From assembly GCA_963662655.2 (NCBI GenBank), contig CAXXTU010000002.1, forward strand, positions 1,280,001 through 1,344,000: a stretch of DNA of 64,000 nt. The letters run 5' to 3'. Below, piece by piece: positions 62,154 through 64,000 of the stretch (the first letter of the stretch is position 1; every line of letters begins with the position of its first letter). The position numbers were made by a program, and so were the translations under genes. The DNA is from Candidatus Cloacimonadales bacterium (GTDB taxonomy: Bacteria; Cloacimonadota; Cloacimonadia; Cloacimonadales; JAIOQZ01). The notes beneath the pieces are model-generated. The model was not told the DNA's origin. It searched no databases and saw only the letters and a list, made by a program, of their open reading frames with translations.

Positions 62154-64000
62154 ATGCCCAAAGGTATCGCGTCGATGCTCTTCTTATTGCTCCTAACAAG
62201 CTTTCTTCATAGCGACTGGCTGGAAAAACACACCACGCTTGTCGATTCGATCCAGGCGAACACCGATATCCTCGAAGATCGATTGCAGAAGCTTTCGATA
62301 CAAGACACCAATCTATCCCAGCAGGATATCCTGTCATACCTCCTGCTTTCAGGCTACCTGCCCGAGCTGGATTCCACGCAGGTGCGGGAGAATCTACATC
62401 AAGCGCTACAACTGAGTGTCGCGGAGAAGAACCCGGAAGCCCAGACGTTGGCTAGATGGGAAATGGCGAAATTCGAGCGGAGTCAACAAAACACTTCGCA
62501 GGCGCAATCGCTGTACCAGGAAGCAATCCGAATGGCGAGAGCCACACTTCCATCCCACCACATCGCGCTTCTGCATCTGGAAATTGCGTCCTTCTACGAG
62601 GAACAGAATATGATGCGCGCCGCCTCGCGGGAAGCGATGGAAGCCGCGCTGGAGATCGATACACTCGCTGACCGCGATTTAATGATCGAGGCCTACATGA
62701 AGCTGGGCGAGTACTTCGACAGACAGGGAATGATCATCAACAGCCTCGAGTATTTCGAGAAGGCGCACGCCCTCTCCAAGGAGGTTAGCGATCCGGTGCT
62801 CACAGCCGAGCTGGCAATACAGATCGGCAACGGATACCAGCGGAAGGCGAAATACGATATGGCGCTGAAGACGTACTTCGAGGCCATCGACAGCTTTTCC
62901 CGGGCAAATCGCAAAGACAAGCTGGCCATCGTGTATGATCAGGTGGCTTCCATATACAGAAAGCTGGGGGAAATCTCCAAGGCCATCGAGTACATGACCA
63001 ACGCGCAGATCATCAATATCAGCCTGCAAAACTGGGCGCTTGTGGGCGACAACTACCAGAACCTGGGCTTGCTTTACACCGATCTGAAGCAATCGCAGAC
63101 CGCTCTCACCTACCTCAAGAAAGCCCTCGCGACCTATCAGCAGGTCGACAACAAGGAAGGCATCGCGACAACGAGCAGCAAGATAGGCTTAACGCTCTCG
63201 GGCATGGGCGAATACGGGGAAGCGATCCAGTACAGCGAGGAATCGATCAAGGTAGCTCGGGAAGCCGGGCTGACCAACCAGATCACGTCGCTGCTCATCG
63301 ACCTGAGCCAGGTGTTGGCAACGGCCGGAAACAATGCCGAGGCAATTTCCGCGCTCAGTGAGGCATCCGTCGTTCTCCGGGAATCGGGTGGTAACAGGGA
63401 GTTTCAGTTGCAGATCGAGAAGAACATCGCTGAGCTGAAGGAGCGGCAAGGGGACATCCACAACGCGATTGCCCACTACCGGCAGGCGATGGATCTCCAG
63501 GACAAGATGTACGACGACCTCTCGCATCAGAAGCTCTCCGAGATGGAAGTGCTACTGGAAAGCTTCCAGAAAGAGAAGGAGATCGAGAAGCTCGAGAATG
63601 ACCTGACCGCCCAGCGGATCCAGGCCAAGCACGATAAATTCTATTATCAGACACAGTTGGAACTGGAAAACCTCAAATCGCGCAACCAGCAGATCGTCAT
63701 GCTTTCGATGGCTGTCATGGTTATTGGAGCGATTTCGTTTCTGTGGTACATTCTGGTAAGATTCCGCAAAGAGAAAGCCCTTCACAGCAAAATCAGCGAA
63801 CAGCACTTCGCACTCACCGACGCTTACAGCCAGCTTGAAAGAGCCCAGCACGAGCTGATTGAATTCGAGCGCCTCAAGTCGATGTCCGCAATGGCCGTCA
63901 CCATGAACCACGAAATCAACCAGCCGCTCATGATCATCCAGGGCAATCTGGACATGCTGAACATCTACCTGGAGAAGCACGACCTCGATTCCGAGCTCAC
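62154..64000 (+). CDS. TPR-containing membrane sensor histidine kinase (runs off window)
   Basis: Not in the ORF track because it has no stop in the window. ATG 62154 (MPKGIASMLFLLLL signal), TPR repeats, TM near 63700-63755, and an in-frame H-box AVTMNHEINQPL at about 63895-63930. Confidence 0.85.
   Translation, partial: MPKGIASMLFLLLLTSFLHSDWLEKHTTLVDSIQANTDILEDRLQKLSIQDTNLSQQDILSYLLLSGYLPELDSTQVRENLHQALQLSVAEKNPEAQTLARWEMAKFERSQQNTSQAQSLYQEAIRMARATLPSHHIALLHLEIASFYEEQNMMRAASREAMEAALEIDTLADRDLMIEAYMKLGEYFDRQGMIINSLEYFEKAHALSKEVSDPVLTAELAIQIGNGYQRKAKYDMALKTYFEAIDSFSRANRKDKLAIVYDQVASIYRKLGEISKAIEYMTNAQIINISLQNWALVGDNYQNLGLLYTDLKQSQTALTYLKKALATYQQVDNKEGIATTSSKIGLTLSGMGEYGEAIQYSEESIKVAREAGLTNQITSLLIDLSQVLATAGNNAEAISALSEASVVLRESGGNREFQLQIEKNIAELKERQGDIHNAIAHYRQAMDLQDKMYDDLSHQKLSEMEVLLESFQKEKEIEKLENDLTAQRIQAKHDKFYYQTQLELENLKSRNQQIVMLSMAVMVIGAISFLWYILVRFRKEKALHSKISEQHFALTDAYSQLERAQHELIEFERLKSMSAMAVTMNHEINQPLMIIQGNLDMLNIYLEKHDLDSEL

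Overview
Bacterial chromosome segment. The lineage is probably FCB-group and most likely Cloacimonadota, inferred from the fused lpxC-fabZ gene and the tandem secreted proteins ending in a 'YPNPFNP...FlgD-Ig' sorting domain. The window starts with a complete rRNA operon on the minus strand (16S, tRNA-Ile, tRNA-Ala, 23S, 5S). Housekeeping genes follow: serS, tpiA, trmB, a dGTPase-like HD protein, frameshifted prfB, uppS and cdsA. Next come two large secreted paralogs, two pilin-like paralogs each with a sigma54-type promoter, and amtB. About 26.2-36.6 kb is a defective Mu-like transposable prophage. Its putative left end is present twice, its transposase is split by an IS3 element, and everything past the terminase N-terminus appears lost at an ISL3 element that has no target duplication. 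The right half holds a reduced Wsp-like chemosensory cluster with a PP2C output, nnr, a histidine kinase, mazG, a YprB-like exonuclease, the skp-lpxD-lpxC/fabZ-lpxA operon, a DUF2723-TPR plus TagF-like-TPR pair, a Na+,H+-type membrane pyrophosphatase, a Btu/Fec-like ABC pair and a TPR histidine kinase running off the edge. The most unexplained signal is a ~200 bp GC-rich four-way-junction element found twice (10.7 kb and 46.3 kb). Its secondary structure is conserved while one arm has a completely different sequence. All protein calls come from motif recognition by eye; no searches were run.
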